64,000 nt of DNA from NCBI GenBank assembly GCA_965238175.1, contig CBDEGZ010000003.1, positions 3,040,001 through 3,104,000 of the forward strand, written 5' to 3'. The position numbers and the translations under genes were made by a program. The stretch is from Gammaproteobacteria bacterium. GTDB taxonomy: Bacteria; Pseudomonadota; Gammaproteobacteria; CAJXQU01. This document shows positions 19,033 to 30,821 of the stretch, in pieces. The notes beneath the pieces were generated by a model that was given only the letters and a program-made list of their open reading frames with translations, was not told the origin of the DNA and ran no database searches. The number at the start of each line of letters is the position of its first letter. Within the stretch, counting starts at the first letter, position 1.

Positions 19033-20484
19033 TTAAAATCTAAAATAGATAAATGGGTTATATGTAGAAGAAGCTACCTTCAATATACTTACGTAGAATA
19101 ATAAAAATAGAGATATAGTTTTAGAAAATTCTAAAATTACAATTGTCATTAAAGTACGATTCAAAGCAATAATTTTAAGTTTATTTGAAAGAAATAAATA
19201 AAATGGTGTTGCTAAGAAAATTCCAATAGAAAATGCATAAATCGCCTCTGCAGATAACACTTGATTTAATTGAAATAGTGTCATTTTAAATTCGCTAAAG
19301 CTGAACATTGTTTTTAAATATTGAAATGATTCTGGAAGCGTCTCAGCCCTGAAAAATACCCATCCTATAATGACTACAAATAACAAATATATATGCTGTA
19401 GCGGTTCCCATAACTTACTTAATAAACTCGACAAACCTATTCGCTCAAATGTTAAGAACGCACCATGAAATAAACCCCAGATGATGAAATTCCAACTTGC
19501 CCCATGCCATACACCTGTCAAAATAAAAACAATGAATAAATTAATATAAACACGCGAACTTGAAACTTTACTACCACCTAGAGGGATATAGACATAGTCT
19601 CGAAACCAACTAGAAAGAGAAATATGCCATCGTCTCCAAAACTCTCGCAAAGATTTTGCAATATACGGATAATTAAAATTTTCAAGAAAACGAAAGCCAA
19701 ACATTCGACCTAAGCCAATGGCCATATCTGAATAACCGGAAAAATCAAAATATATCTGTAAGGTATACGCAAGAATTCCTATCCATGCTAGTGGTGTAGT
19801 TAAATCTGATCCAGATAATGCAAAAACATTATCAACCACTTCCCCAAGTGGATTTGCAATCAGCATTTTTTTCGCCAGTCCGAAAATAAATTTCTTAACT
19901 CCACTAGCAAATAACTCGACGCTATGTAAGCGTCGAGTTATTTGTGTGGCAACATCATGATAGCGAACAATAGGACCGGCGATTAGTTGTGGAAATAGTG
20001 AAATATACAATGCCAGGTTGATAATTCTTGTTTGTGGCTTAACTTCTTTACGATAAATATCAACGACATACGAAATTGCCTGAAACGTAAAAAAGGAAAT
20101 CCCTAATGGTAAATGAACAGGATCAATATTTATGCGGGGAAGATTCACCGCTAATAATAGTATGTTCAGACTATCCGAAATAAAATTTACATATTTAAAT
20201 GAAACTAGTAACCCAGCATTAATAATAATAGCTATTATCAAAAATAATTTTGCTCTATTTGGATTTTCATTTTCTAATAAAGAGCGATGTATATATAAAC
20301 CACAACTATAATTCGCAATAATGGAAATGAGCATTAAACCAAGGTAAAAAACTTCACCCCAGGCATAAAACAATAAACTTGCCAATAACAATACAACATT
20401 CCGTATTACAGTCGGAGAGCTATAGTAAAGAAATAAGACCAGTGGCAAAAAACCAAACAAAAATATTGCAGAACTGAAAACCAA
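19033..20484 (-). CDS. MBOAT O-acyltransferase, AlgI/PatA family
   Basis: MVFSS..FLF.FLP, LPLGISFFTFQ, FPQLIAGPIVRY, QIYFDFSGYSDMAIG, FWRRWHISLS, GVWHGA, YNPFIYFRF. Confidence 0.95.
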   Translation of the reverse strand: MVFSSAIFLFGFLPLVLFLYYSSPTVIRNVVLLLASLLFYAWGEVFYLGLMLISIIANYSCGLYIHRSLLENENPNRAKLFLIIAIIINAGLLVSFKYVNFISDSLNILLLAVNLPRINIDPVHLPLGISFFTFQAISYVVDIYRKEVKPQTRIINLALYISLFPQLIAGPIVRYHDVATQITRRLHSVELFASGVKKFIFGLAKKMLIANPLGEVVDNVFALSGSDLTTPLAWIGILAYTLQIYFDFSGYSDMAIGLGRMFGFRFLENFNYPYIAKSLREFWRRWHISLSSWFRDYVYIPLGGSKVSSSRVYINLFIVFILTGVWHGASWNFIIWGLFHGAFLTFERIGLSSLLSKLWEPLQHIYLLFVVIIGWVFFRAETLPESFQYLKTMFSFSEFKMTLFQLNQVLSAEAIYAFSIGIFLATPFYLFLSNKLKIIALNRTLMTIVILEFSKTISLFLLFYVSILKVASSTYNPFIYFRF

Positions 20485-20627
20485 AACAACCTCTGAAAGA
20501 TATTAGAACTAATTTAGAAAAACATTAACTAAAAAGTCATTTTCCTAAAATAGTAGTATATTTTATTGTGTTGATTATACACATACTCAATATTTACAAA
20601 GCATCTAAAGCCAATGCTGTAATATTT

Positions 20628-21968
20628 TTAAGACTTACTGTTTTGCCAAGGATTTTTACGTGGCGTAGAACTGCCACCACCATCAGCTCCCATTGACCTT
20701 GTATTTCTTCGTCTACGAGATTTACCTGGTTTAGAATTACGATCAGATGTTTTACCTGCACTTGCTCTTCGCTTTTGTGATCGTCCCCTCCCTTGCGAAT
20801 TATTTTTCTTAGTAGGTTCAGGTTTAATCGTTGGATCAGGTTCAAAACCATCAATAACAACTTTTGTGATCTGTCGATTAATTAATTTTTCGATATCTCG
20901 TAATGATTTTTTCTCATCAATACAGACCAAAGAAACAGCAACACCTTCATTTCCGGCGCGACCGGTTCGACCTATACGATGTACATAATCTTCCGACACA
21001 TTGGGTAATTCATAATTAACCACATGGGGTAATTGATCGATATCTAATCCACGTGCTGCGACATCAGTTGCAACTAACACTTGTACTTTATTATCTTTAA
21101 AAGATGCTAATGCTTGCGTTCGTTGGTTCTGGCTTTTATTGCCATGAATCGCGACGGCTGGAATACGCTCACGATTCAGTTGTTTTGCTAAGCGATCCGC
21201 ACCGTGTTTTGTACGGGTAAAAACTAAAACCTGATACCACTTTTCTTTTTTGATCAAAAAAGACAATAACTCGCGTTTACGTTCTTTATCAACAGGATGA
21301 ATAATCTGCTCGACAATTTCAGCAGTTGTATTCTGCCTGGCCACTTCAATCAGAGAAGGTGATTTCAATAAGGTTTCAGATAATTTTTTGATCTCTTTGG
21401 AGAAGGTTGCAGAAAATAATAATGTTTGTCGTTGTTTTGGAAGCATCGCCATAATCTTTTGAATATCTCGAATGAATCCCATATCTAACATTCGATCGGC
21501 TTCATCAAGAACCAGTATTTCAATCTTAGAAAGATCGATTGTTTTTTGTTGTAAATGATCAAGAAGACGTCCCGGCGTCGCAACGATAATATCCGGATTG
21601 CGACGTAATCGAGCGACCTGCGGGCCGATTTTCACGCCACCAAAAATAACGTTGGATCTTAATGAGACATACTTTCCATAGGTTTTAATACTCTCTTCTA
21701 CTTGCGCTGCCAGTTCTCGTGTCGGAGTAAGCACCAATGCGCGTATTGGTCTGTTTGTGGTTTTAAATTTTTGCTGACTTAAGCGATGTAAGAGTGGCAG
21801 CGTAAAGCCGGCTGTTTTTCCCGTTCCGGTTTGTGCTCCGGCGAGTAAATCTTTTCCTTTGAGTACAACAGGAATTGCCTGTTGTTGGATAGGAGTGGGT
21901 TCTGTGTATCCCTGTTCTGAGACAGCACGAAGTAATTCAGCCGAAAGGCCAAGTTTATCAAATGACAT
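20628..21968 (-). CDS. rhlE: DEAD-box RNA helicase, RhlE-like
   Basis: Q motif, [38 protein letters not shown]; basic C-terminal tail. Confidence 0.9.
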   Translation of the reverse strand: MSFDKLGLSAELLRAVSEQGYTEPTPIQQQAIPVVLKGKDLLAGAQTGTGKTAGFTLPLLHRLSQQKFKTTNRPIRALVLTPTRELAAQVEESIKTYGKYVSLRSNVIFGGVKIGPQVARLRRNPDIIVATPGRLLDHLQQKTIDLSKIEILVLDEADRMLDMGFIRDIQKIMAMLPKQRQTLLFSATFSKEIKKLSETLLKSPSLIEVARQNTTAEIVEQIIHPVDKERKRELLSFLIKKEKWYQVLVFTRTKHGADRLAKQLNRERIPAVAIHGNKSQNQRTQALASFKDNKVQVLVATDVAARGLDIDQLPHVVNYELPNVSEDYVHRIGRTGRAGNEGVAVSLVCIDEKKSLRDIEKLINRQITKVVIDGFEPDPTIKPEPTKKNNSQGRGRSQKRRASAGKTSDRNSKPGKSRRRRNTRSMGADGGGSSTPRKNPWQNSKS

Positions 21969-22237
21969 ATAAATAATTATTCCAATTAGAGCCTACCCAA
22001 CATCTATGGGACGGTCTTAGGCGAGTTATCTAAGAATTAATACATTCTTAAATATAAAAAATAGTGACCAATGAGAGGTGACTTCTATAACTTAGAAAGC
22101 AATTAGCTTTCTATCAACACAGACCGAAGTGTGCTGGAATGCGCGGCATTGTAACAGAACTCCTCCGAATAGAAAGCCCCGTAACAATTGATAAAAATAA
22201 CTTATCTCAATTGGAAGAACTCGTTACAATAAAAACC

Positions 22238-22648
22238 ATGTATGTTATTTCTAATAATGTTTCAATTTCTGAAGACGAGATCGTTATCACAGCAATCCGT
22301 GCTCAGGGCTCTGGTGGGCAAAACGTCAATAAAGTGTCGACTGCGATCCACTTACGTTTTGATATTCACACATCCTCTTTACCGGAATCTTATAAATTGA
22401 AACTGTTATCTAATGGTGATAAACGAATAACTAAAGAAGGCATTATTATTCTCAAAGCACAACAACATCGCAGTCAGGAGAAAAATAAAAAAGAGGCCAT
22501 AGATCGACTAATACAGATAATTAAAGCGGCGGGTATTACTCAGAAAAAAAGAAAGAAAACCAAACCATCTTACGGATCAAAAATGAAACGTTTAGATAAA
22601 AAGAACAAACGGAGCCAGGTTAAAGATCTTAGAAAAAAGATCGTTTAA
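22238..22648 (+). CDS. arfB: Alternative ribosome-rescue peptidyl-tRNA hydrolase
   Basis: RAQGSGGQNVNKV, RSQEKNK, basic tail RKKTKPS..S..KRL..K. Confidence 0.93.
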   Translation: MYVISNNVSISEDEIVITAIRAQGSGGQNVNKVSTAIHLRFDIHTSSLPESYKLKLLSNGDKRITKEGIIILKAQQHRSQEKNKKEAIDRLIQIIKAAGITQKKRKKTKPSYGSKMKRLDKKNKRSQVKDLRKKIV

Positions 22649-22669
22649 CCTGCTCCAAATATAATTATC

Positions 22670-24568
22670 CTAAGCGCTCATTTCCATAAACATCTCATTC
22701 AAGCGATGTACAAACCCGGCAGGATCTTCTAACTTTCCACCTTCACTGAGTAAGGCTTGATCAAATAAAATATTACCCCAATCGTTGAAACGTTCATCTT
22801 CTTTTTCAGCTTTTAGTTTGATCAAAATTGGATGATCAGGATTAATTTCCAGAACACGTTTTGAGCTTGGCAGTTGCTGACCAGAAGCCTCAAGAATCCG
22901 TTGTAAACTGGCTTCCATATCTTGCTCACCTGCTACCAGACAAGCTGGTGACGTTGTCAGTCTATTAGTAACACGCACTTCTTTAACTTTCTCTTCCAGC
23001 AAGGTTTCAAGACGTTTGAGAACATCCTTATATTCGCCAGTTTTCTTCTCAGATTCTTTCTTGTCTTCTTTGTCATCAAGCTCGCCCAGATCAAGTTCGC
23101 CTTTGGTGATCGACTGCAATTCCTTACTGTCAAATTCTGTTAGATGATTAACTAACCACTCATCAACATGATCGGACAACAACAGCACTTCAATTCCTTT
23201 GTTACGGAAGATCTCAAGATGCGGACTGTTTTTGATCGTTGTATAACTTTCACCGACAACGTAGAAAATATTTTTCTGCCCTTCTTGCATGCGGCCAACA
23301 TAATCTTCCAATGAAACATTTTGTTCTTCACTGTCTTGATTGGTTGATGCAAAACGTAATAATTTCGCGATTTGATCTTTATTTTTATCATCGTCAACAA
23401 TTCCTTCTTTAATGACTCGACCAAACTCTTTCCAGAACTTATCGTAACCGTCTTTCTTCGCTAGTTTTCCGATCATGCCAAGTATTTTTTTCACTGACGC
23501 AGCACGGATTTTTTCGATAACTTTGTTGTGTTGCAGAATCTCACGCGAAACATTTAATGGTAGATCATTCGTGTCAACTATACCGCGAATAAAGCGCAGA
23601 TAAGAAGGGATCAATTGTTCCGCATCGTCCATTATAAAAACACGTCGCACGTAAAGTTTTACGCCGTGCTTTTGATTACGATCCCACAGATCAAATGGTG
23701 CACGATTTGGGACAAAAAATAAGGTGCTATATTCAAGATTACCTTCAACCTGACTATGGATCCGTGCCATTGGATCCTCATAATCATGGCCAATATGTTT
23801 GTAGAGTTCGTTGTACTCCTCATCAGAGATATCTTTTTTTGATCTGGTCCATAAAGCTTTTGCAGAATTGATCGTTTCATATTCGATCTCTTTTTTCTCT
23901 TCACCTTCTTCATCAAAGTTTTCTTTCAACATGATGATCGGCAGATTAAGATGATCAGAATATTTGCGAATAACTTCACGAAGCTTGTAACTGTTTATAA
24001 ATTCTTTGGCATCTTTGCGCATATGCAGGACGATTTCTGTACCGCGCGCTTTTTTATTGACTGACTCAATCGTATATTCACCCTGTCCTTCAGATTCCCA
24101 ACGAACGCCTTCGTCTTCATTTGTACCCGCCTTACGAGTCGTCAGAGTCACTGAATCTGCAACGATAAAGGCGGAGTAAAAACCAACACCAAACTGACCG
24201 ATCAATTGCGAGTCTTTCTTTTCATCGCCGGTAATGGCACTAAAAAATTCTTTGGTTCCAGATTTCGCGATGGTACCGATATGATCGATGACTTCTTCTC
24301 GCGTCATACCAATACCATTATCTGTAATCGTAATGGTCTTCGCTTTTTCATCGAAATCAACATGAACATTAAGTTCCGCATCACCTTCAAACAAAGCATC
24401 ATTCGACAAAGCTTCAAAACGCAGCTTGTCACAGGCATCAGATGCATTGGAAATAAGCTCACGCAGGAATATCTCACGGTTGCTATATAAAGAGTGGATC
24501 ATTAGATCCAGTAATTGTTTAACTTCCGACTGGAAGCCCAGCGTTTCTTTATTTACATCAGCAGTCAT
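22670..24568 (-). CDS. htpG: Hsp90 chaperone HtpG
   Basis: FQSEVKQLL.LMIHSLYSN.EIFLRELISNASDA, IGQFGVGFYSAF, DLPLNVSREILQ. Confidence 0.98.
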   Translation of the reverse strand: MTADVNKETLGFQSEVKQLLDLMIHSLYSNREIFLRELISNASDACDKLRFEALSNDALFEGDAELNVHVDFDEKAKTITITDNGIGMTREEVIDHIGTIAKSGTKEFFSAITGDEKKDSQLIGQFGVGFYSAFIVADSVTLTTRKAGTNEDEGVRWESEGQGEYTIESVNKKARGTEIVLHMRKDAKEFINSYKLREVIRKYSDHLNLPIIMLKENFDEEGEEKKEIEYETINSAKALWTRSKKDISDEEYNELYKHIGHDYEDPMARIHSQVEGNLEYSTLFFVPNRAPFDLWDRNQKHGVKLYVRRVFIMDDAEQLIPSYLRFIRGIVDTNDLPLNVSREILQHNKVIEKIRAASVKKILGMIGKLAKKDGYDKFWKEFGRVIKEGIVDDDKNKDQIAKLLRFASTNQDSEEQNVSLEDYVGRMQEGQKNIFYVVGESYTTIKNSPHLEIFRNKGIEVLLLSDHVDEWLVNHLTEFDSKELQSITKGELDLGELDDKEDKKESEKKTGEYKDVLKRLETLLEEKVKEVRVTNRLTTSPACLVAGEQDMEASLQRILEASGQQLPSSKRVLEINPDHPILIKLKAEKEDERFNDWGNILFDQALLSEGGKLEDPAGFVHRLNEMFMEMSA

Positions 24569-24694
24569 ATCAAACAGATTCTCTCGAAATAAAAAATTAA
24601 AGGTGGGGATCAAACCCTATGATTTCAAGGCTGTCAATGGCAATTTCTTCTCAAGTTGGTAACATTGATAGCTATTCCAACGAATAAAAAAAGA

Positions 24695-25429
24695 ATGAGT
24701 CTGGCGCGAAATCCTTTTCTTAAACAATTGATCAGTAGTTTTTTTGATCTATTACCTATATTGCTGGTGGTTTCCGCGTTTCAACTGCTTGTGATCCGCC
24801 AGCCAATTCCTGATTTGGTCAGTCTAATATTCGGTACTTTACTGGTTATTATTGGCCTCACTTTTTTCGTCCAAGGATTGGAACAAGGACTCTTCCCGAT
24901 CGGTGAAGCCATGGCTTACGCCTTTGCAAAAAAAGGCAGCATTATCTGGTTATTAATCTTCGCTTTCTCGCTTGGTTTCGCAACTACAGTAGCAGAACCA
25001 GCACTCATTGCTGTCGGTGAAGAGGCTGCGAATGTCGCTGCAGAAGGCGGCATGATCGACAATACGGATGACTCAAGGAAAGACTATGCCTTTGGTTTAC
25101 GAATTACCGTTGCCTTCTCGGTGGGATTCGCGATCCTTCTCGGTGTTTTACGGATCCTAAAAGGCTGGCCACTACAAAACCTGATTATTCCTGGTTACGC
25201 AGGAATTTTGATAATGACATTTTTTGCACCACCAGAAATTGTCGGGATTGCATATGATTCAGGTGGTGTGACAACATCAACCATCACCGTTCCACTAGTC
25301 ACAGCATTAGGCGTCGGGCTCGCTTCCTCAATCAAAGGCCGTAATCCGATGACAGATGGTTTTGGCCTGATAGCAATTGCTTCGTTGACGCCGATTATCT
25401 TCGTTATGTGCTATGGATTGTTAATATGA
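24695..25429 (+). CDS. DUF1538 family membrane protein (copy 1)
   Basis: [40 protein letters not shown]. Confidence 0.9.
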   Translation: MSLARNPFLKQLISSFFDLLPILLVVSAFQLLVIRQPIPDLVSLIFGTLLVIIGLTFFVQGLEQGLFPIGEAMAYAFAKKGSIIWLLIFAFSLGFATTVAEPALIAVGEEAANVAAEGGMIDNTDDSRKDYAFGLRITVAFSVGFAILLGVLRILKGWPLQNLIIPGYAGILIMTFFAPPEIVGIAYDSGGVTTSTITVPLVTALGVGLASSIKGRNPMTDGFGLIAIASLTPIIFVMCYGLLI

Positions 25430-26199
25430 CGGAGCATCTAATCGAATTATGGGCACTGTTCAGTCACTCGTTGTTAGCGACGACACGAGATATTTTGCCG
25501 ATTGTTGCAACCATTATTGGTTTTCAAATTCTCGTCATCCGAAAACCAATCAAAAACCCGAAAAAAATCGCGATTGGTTTTTTTTACGTTGTAATTGGTA
25601 TTGCGTTATTCCTCGAAGGGCTTGAAATGGCACTTTTCCCACTTGGAAAACTAATGGCCGCTCAGTTAACCAATCCAGAGTTTATTCAAGCCGGTGATAT
25701 CTTAAACTGGAAGGATTACACTTGGGTTTATATCTTCGCTTTTTGTATTGGTTTCTCGACAACCTTGGCCGAGCCTTCACTTCTGGCTGTTGCAATCAAA
25801 GCTCAGGAGATCTCGGGTGGCGCGATCAAATCCTGGCCTCTAAGGCTCACTGTCTCTACAGGTGTCGCATTCGGAATAGCACTCGGCTCTTTCAGAATCG
25901 TAAGCGGAACCGATCTCTATTTATATATTATTGTCGGTTATATCGTCGTCATTATCTTAACCATGTTTTCGTCGAAAATGATCCTTGGTTTAGCATTTGA
26001 CTCCGGAGGTGTAACTACCTCCACCGTCACCGTTCCGCTGGTCACAGCACTTGGTTTAGGCCTAGCATCAAATGTCCCAGATCGTAACCCATTACTCGAT
26101 GGTTTCGGCCTGATCGCCTTTGCCGGCCTGTTCGCAATTATTGCTGTTTTATCTTATGCCATGCTCGCTGATATGCTAGCAAAACATAAAAAATCATAA
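25426..26199 (+). CDS. DUF1538 family membrane protein (copy 2)
   Basis: Paralogue of the upstream gene ([39 protein letters not shown]); ATGA overlap. Confidence 0.9.
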   Translation: MTEHLIELWALFSHSLLATTRDILPIVATIIGFQILVIRKPIKNPKKIAIGFFYVVIGIALFLEGLEMALFPLGKLMAAQLTNPEFIQAGDILNWKDYTWVYIFAFCIGFSTTLAEPSLLAVAIKAQEISGGAIKSWPLRLTVSTGVAFGIALGSFRIVSGTDLYLYIIVGYIVVIILTMFSSKMILGLAFDSGGVTTSTVTVPLVTALGLGLASNVPDRNPLLDGFGLIAFAGLFAIIAVLSYAMLADMLAKHKKS

Positions 26200-26212
26200 G
26201 GAGGATTTACTT

Positions 26213-26563
26213 ATGCGCTTTAAGTTAATCATAGTGTTTGTCGAAGACGACAAGACTGATCTGGTGCTAGACACCTCGCGAGAAGCCGGTGCTACTGGCG
26301 CAACGGTGATCAGCAATGCCAGAGGTGAAGGCATCAAACAATCGAAAACGTTTTTCGGCTTGACGCTAGAAACACAACGCGATGTTGTGCTGCTTTTAGT
26401 CGAGGAACATATGGCCAGACAAATTCTGGAAAAAATTTCTGATGTCGCCGAGTTTGATGAAAAACCCGGCACCGGCATTGCGTTTCAAATTGATGTCGAA
26501 GATGCGATTGGTGTACGCCATCAAGTCTGGGATCTCACCAAAGTTATTAAGGAGGAGTTATGA
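26213..26563 (+). CDS. PII-like signal transduction protein
   Basis: 116 aa; GATGATV..ARGEG and PGTGIAFQ.DV..A.G PII-fold motifs. Confidence 0.9.
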   Translation: MRFKLIIVFVEDDKTDLVLDTSREAGATGATVISNARGEGIKQSKTFFGLTLETQRDVVLLLVEEHMARQILEKISDVAEFDEKPGTGIAFQIDVEDAIGVRHQVWDLTKVIKEEL

Positions 26564-26964
26564 GCGATAACCCAATAGTTCGCGTTCGCGATGTAATGAA
26601 AACAGCCTTCATTACCATTGATGGTGTTGCCACAGTGGCAGAAGCTGTTTCAATGATGAAGCAAAATAAAACATCTGTACTGGTCGTCAACAAACGTTAT
26701 GACGATGATGAGTATGGACTGATCCTGGCTGGCCAAATTGCCCGCCACGTGCTCAGCAAGGATCGCCCACCAGGTCGCGTAAACGTTTATGAGATTATGC
26801 ACAAGCCGGTGATTTCAGTTCATCCGGATATGGATATTCGTCATTGTTCAAGACTGTTCGCACAGTATGATCTAATGCGCGCTCCTGTTATAGAAAACCG
26901 TGACATTATCGGCATGGTCAGTCCAATCTCATTGGTACTTGATGGTCTTTCAAAATTTAGTTAA
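26560..26964 (+). CDS. CBS-domain protein
   Basis: VRDVM, two CBS repeats, VYEIM.KPVISV.PDMDIR. Confidence 0.9.
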   Translation: MSDNPIVRVRDVMKTAFITIDGVATVAEAVSMMKQNKTSVLVVNKRYDDDEYGLILAGQIARHVLSKDRPPGRVNVYEIMHKPVISVHPDMDIRHCSRLFAQYDLMRAPVIENRDIIGMVSPISLVLDGLSKFS

Positions 26965-29549
26965 TGACATCTGAACATACCCCTGCGATGCAGCAGTATC
27001 TTGGCTTTAAAGCCGAGTATCCTGACAAACTACTGTTTTTTCAAATGGGAGACTTTTATGAATTCTTTTTTGAAGATGCGCGGCGTGCAAATGAACTGTT
27101 AGGGCTTGCATTAACCAAACGCGGCAACTCGGCTGGCGAGCCTATTCCAATGGCGGGCATGCCAATGCATGCATCAGAAAATTATCTGGCCAAGTTGGTC
27201 GAAATCGGCGAGTCGATCGTCATTTGTGATCAAGTCGGTGATCCCGCGACTAGCAAAGGCCCGGTCGAACGCAAAATCACCCGCATCATCACACCGGGGA
27301 CGATAACCGACGAAGCCTTACTAAAAGAACGCCAGGATAATCTGCTATTAGCAATACATGAGCTTGATCAAAAAATTGGCCTCGCATGGTTAGATCTCAG
27401 TGGTGGTCGATTTCATGTTATGGAGATTTTTCAGCATTCGGATCGCAACGCAAATAAAGACAACAAACACGATGAATTGATCGCAGAATTGGAACGACTA
27501 CAACCTGCCGAAATTCTGATCAGTGAAGATTCCCCATTACTGGCAGCCTTAAAAAATCATAACTCTATTTCAACCATGTCGCCCTGGTATTTTGATCTAG
27601 ATAGCGCCACACGTCAGCTCAAAGAACATTTTGAAGTAACAGATTTAAAAGGCTACGGTTGTGATCAATTGCCTTCAACTATCTCGGCTGCGGGATGTCT
27701 TTTGCAATACACCCGCGAAACGCAACGCTCCTCGCTGCCACATCTGACCGAATTAAAACTTGAAACCCTCAGCGACACGATCACAATTGATGCAGCTAGC
27801 CGCCAGAACTTAGAAATTCTCAACAGTTTGTCAGGCGAACGTCGCCACAGCCTCGCACACTTGATCGACTCAGCGGTAACCGGTATGGGAAGTCGTATGT
27901 TATGTCGCTGGTTGCAAGCACCATTGCGAGATCATGCAACGATCAAATTTCGGCATCATGCCGTCGCCACCTTGATCGAAAATCAACACTATTCTGATCT
28001 ACAAGAAACACTACGCGCCATCGGCGACATGGAACGCATCACCACGCGTATTGCACTCAAATCTGCTCGACCAAGAGATCTCGCTCAACTTCGCTCATCA
28101 ATAGGTGCGTTGCCTTATATCAAAAAACATCTGGCCGAATTGGACAGTCCAAGACTACAACAACTTTCTGATCAGATTAACCAATTTCCCGAAATGCTTT
28201 CTCTACTTACAAATGCGATTATCGAAATGCCACCCGCACTCATTCGTGATGGTGGAATGATCGCAGAAGGCTATCACGCTGAATTGGATGAGTTACGAAC
28301 ACTCAGCAAAAATGCCAGCGACTATCTTGATCAACTTGAGATCCGCGAGCGCGAAAGCACTGGCATCCAAACGCTAAAAGTTGGCTACAACCGCGTGCAC
28401 GGTTATTACATTGAGATCAGCCGCCTGCAAAGCAATGACGTTCCAACCCATTATCATCGCCGGCAAACACTCAAAGCAACTGAACGCTTCATCACTCCAG
28501 AACTAAAAGAATATGAGGACAAAGTGCTTAGTGCGGGTGAAAAAGCATTGAAACTAGAGAAGGCACTCTATGCTGATCTACTCGATCAATTAACCAAACA
28601 CACACCCGAACTTCAATCAACCGGAGCCGCTATCGCAGAACTCGACGTGCTCGGAAGTTTTGCCGAACGTGCAGTGACTTTGGATCTCGCACAACCGGAT
28701 CTAAGTCAGACGAGCCAGATCAATATTGAAGCAGGTCGTCATCCAGTTGTTGAGCAAATTCAAGAAGAAAGTTTTATTCCCAATGATCTGATCATGAATG
28801 AAGATCGAAAAATGTTGATCATCACTGGTCCAAACATGGGTGGTAAATCCACCTACATGCGACAAATCGCACTGATTGTTTTGCTCGCCCACTGCGGTAG
28901 TTTTGTTCCAGCAAAATCTGCCGGCATAGGAAATATTGATCGCATTTTTACCCGCATTGGCGCCAGTGATGATCTAGCCTCTGGACGTTCAACCTTTATG
29001 GTCGAAATGATCGAAACGGCAAATATTCTCAACAATGCCACACAAAACTCGCTAGTCTTAATGGACGAAATCGGACGTGGCACCAGCACCTTCGATGGAC
29101 TTTCGCTAGCGTGGGCAAGCTCGATCCATTTACTTGAAAACATCGGCGCATGGACATTATTCGCTACGCATTATTTTGAAATGACCGCGATCCCAGAAAA
29201 ACATCCCTCCGCGATCAATGTACGCCTTGATGCGATCGAACACAAAGACAAACTAGTTTTCATGCACACCGTAAAAGATGGCCCAGCCAATCGCAGTTAC
29301 GGATTACAAGTCGCACAGCTGGCCGGTGTTCCAAAAGACGTGATCAAGCAAGCACGTGTTCGATTAAAACAATTAGAAAATCGTGAATCCACCATTATTC
29401 ATCCATTAGAGCAAAACGAACAACTTGAACTACTGCCCTCCACTGCCATGCTCGAACTGGCCGAAAAGATCAAAAATATAAACCCCGATGAATTAAGTCC
29501 GAAAGAAGCATTAGAAAAATTGTATGAGTTGAAGGGGTCGTTAGGGTGA
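26964..29549 (+). CDS. mutS: DNA mismatch repair protein MutS
   Basis: [52 protein letters not shown]. Confidence 0.98.
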   Translation: MTSEHTPAMQQYLGFKAEYPDKLLFFQMGDFYEFFFEDARRANELLGLALTKRGNSAGEPIPMAGMPMHASENYLAKLVEIGESIVICDQVGDPATSKGPVERKITRIITPGTITDEALLKERQDNLLLAIHELDQKIGLAWLDLSGGRFHVMEIFQHSDRNANKDNKHDELIAELERLQPAEILISEDSPLLAALKNHNSISTMSPWYFDLDSATRQLKEHFEVTDLKGYGCDQLPSTISAAGCLLQYTRETQRSSLPHLTELKLETLSDTITIDAASRQNLEILNSLSGERRHSLAHLIDSAVTGMGSRMLCRWLQAPLRDHATIKFRHHAVATLIENQHYSDLQETLRAIGDMERITTRIALKSARPRDLAQLRSSIGALPYIKKHLAELDSPRLQQLSDQINQFPEMLSLLTNAIIEMPPALIRDGGMIAEGYHAELDELRTLSKNASDYLDQLEIRERESTGIQTLKVGYNRVHGYYIEISRLQSNDVPTHYHRRQTLKATERFITPELKEYEDKVLSAGEKALKLEKALYADLLDQLTKHTPELQSTGAAIAELDVLGSFAERAVTLDLAQPDLSQTSQINIEAGRHPVVEQIQEESFIPNDLIMNEDRKMLIITGPNMGGKSTYMRQIALIVLLAHCGSFVPAKSAGIGNIDRIFTRIGASDDLASGRSTFMVEMIETANILNNATQNSLVLMDEIGRGTSTFDGLSLAWASSIHLLENIGAWTLFATHYFEMTAIPEKHPSAINVRLDAIEHKDKLVFMHTVKDGPANRSYGLQVAQLAGVPKDVIKQARVRLKQLENRESTIIHPLEQNEQLELLPSTAMLELAEKIKNINPDELSPKEALEKLYELKGSLG

Positions 29550-29716
29550 TTTATTCAGTTTGTTTTGCATACCACTTACACTTTATAGTTCGCCAGAAAT
29601 ACTAAAGTGTATACACCAAAGTCGTTACATTTTGTATCTTAATGGAGGTACGCGCTCGTTCATCAATACTCATAGAAACCGCAAGGAATAGAACTTTACA
29701 GAAGCTTTAAAGGATA

Positions 29717-30821
29717 GGCGGTTTCAACTCCAAAGCGCGCCACTAGCCGTGATTAAAAAGACATGACTTTCCGTCTTGCTAGAATGAGATTGTCGAGATC
29801 TTATTCTATTGGAGAAAAAGCCATGCCTTATCATCATTTTAGCGCAAAAGAACGTCACACCTTAATGTATTTATTGCACTGGGGATTAAGCTATCGAGAC
29901 ATTGGACGACGTCTCAATCGTCACCACAGTACCATTGCCCGAGAAGTCACACGCAATGGTCGCCTACGAAACTTATCTTACTGTAACGAATTTGCTGATA
30001 GACAAGCCTGTCTTCGTAAGACACAGGCTCGCCATTATCGAAAACGTGATAATGCATCTCTTTACGAATTTGTTCAGAAACACTTACATCAACATTGCAT
30101 CAACATTGGTCGCCCGATGCCATCAGCGGTTATTTGAAACGAACAACGACTAAAAGGTACGTCAGTACAGAATGTATTTATCAGTGGATCTATCGAGATG
30201 CGTTTGATGGAGGTGAGTTATATACTTGCTTGAGCTCTCAACATAACAAACGTAAACGACAGCGCCCAGCAGGTAAGCGAAGCCATATCCCTGGCCGCGT
30301 TTGTATTGAAGAACGTCCTACTGTTGTCGACAGACGTAACCGACTGGGCGATTGGGAAGGTGATACGGTTGAAGGATGCAAAGGCGGGGGTGGATTAGCG
30401 ACGCATGTCGAACGTAAGAGTCGTTTTTTGCTTGCTGAGAAATTAATGGATGGCTGTGCAGATACGTTTACCATGGCCACTAAGAAATGTTTTAAATCCA
30501 TTCCAGAGACGTTGTGTAAGACACTGACTTTGGACAATGGTAGTGAAAATGTACGGCATCATGAAATAGCACAAAGTAAACAAATGTCCGTTTATTTTAC
30601 GCATCCATACTCCCCTTGGGAGCGTGGTACAAATGAGCAAACCAACGGCTTGTTACGACGTTACTTTCCAAAAGGCACGGACTTCCGTAAAGTAACAAAA
30701 AGGCAGATTAAAAAAGCCGTTACATTAATTAATCAACGACCTCGTAAATCACTCAACTATCGAACACCGGAAGAGGTCTTTTTGAAAGCCGTTAATGGCG
30801 CACTTGGAACTTGAAACCGCC
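29717..30821 (+). mobile_element. IS30-family insertion sequence
   Basis: IRs ggcggtttcaactccaaagcgcgcc / ggcgcacttggaacttgaaaccgcc; ATA target duplication (29714-16, 30822-24). Confidence 0.93.
29823..30814 (+). pseudogene. IS30 transposase, frameshifted
   Basis: HTH (IGRRLNRHHSTIAREV.RN), GDWEGDTV, TLDNGSE, PWERGTNEQTNGLLR; an 11-bp duplication at 30087-30108 shifts the frame. Confidence 0.9.

Noticed and set aside
29763-30814. Programmed frameshift in IS30
   Set aside because: IS30 transposases are single ORFs, and an 11-bp duplication explains the break.
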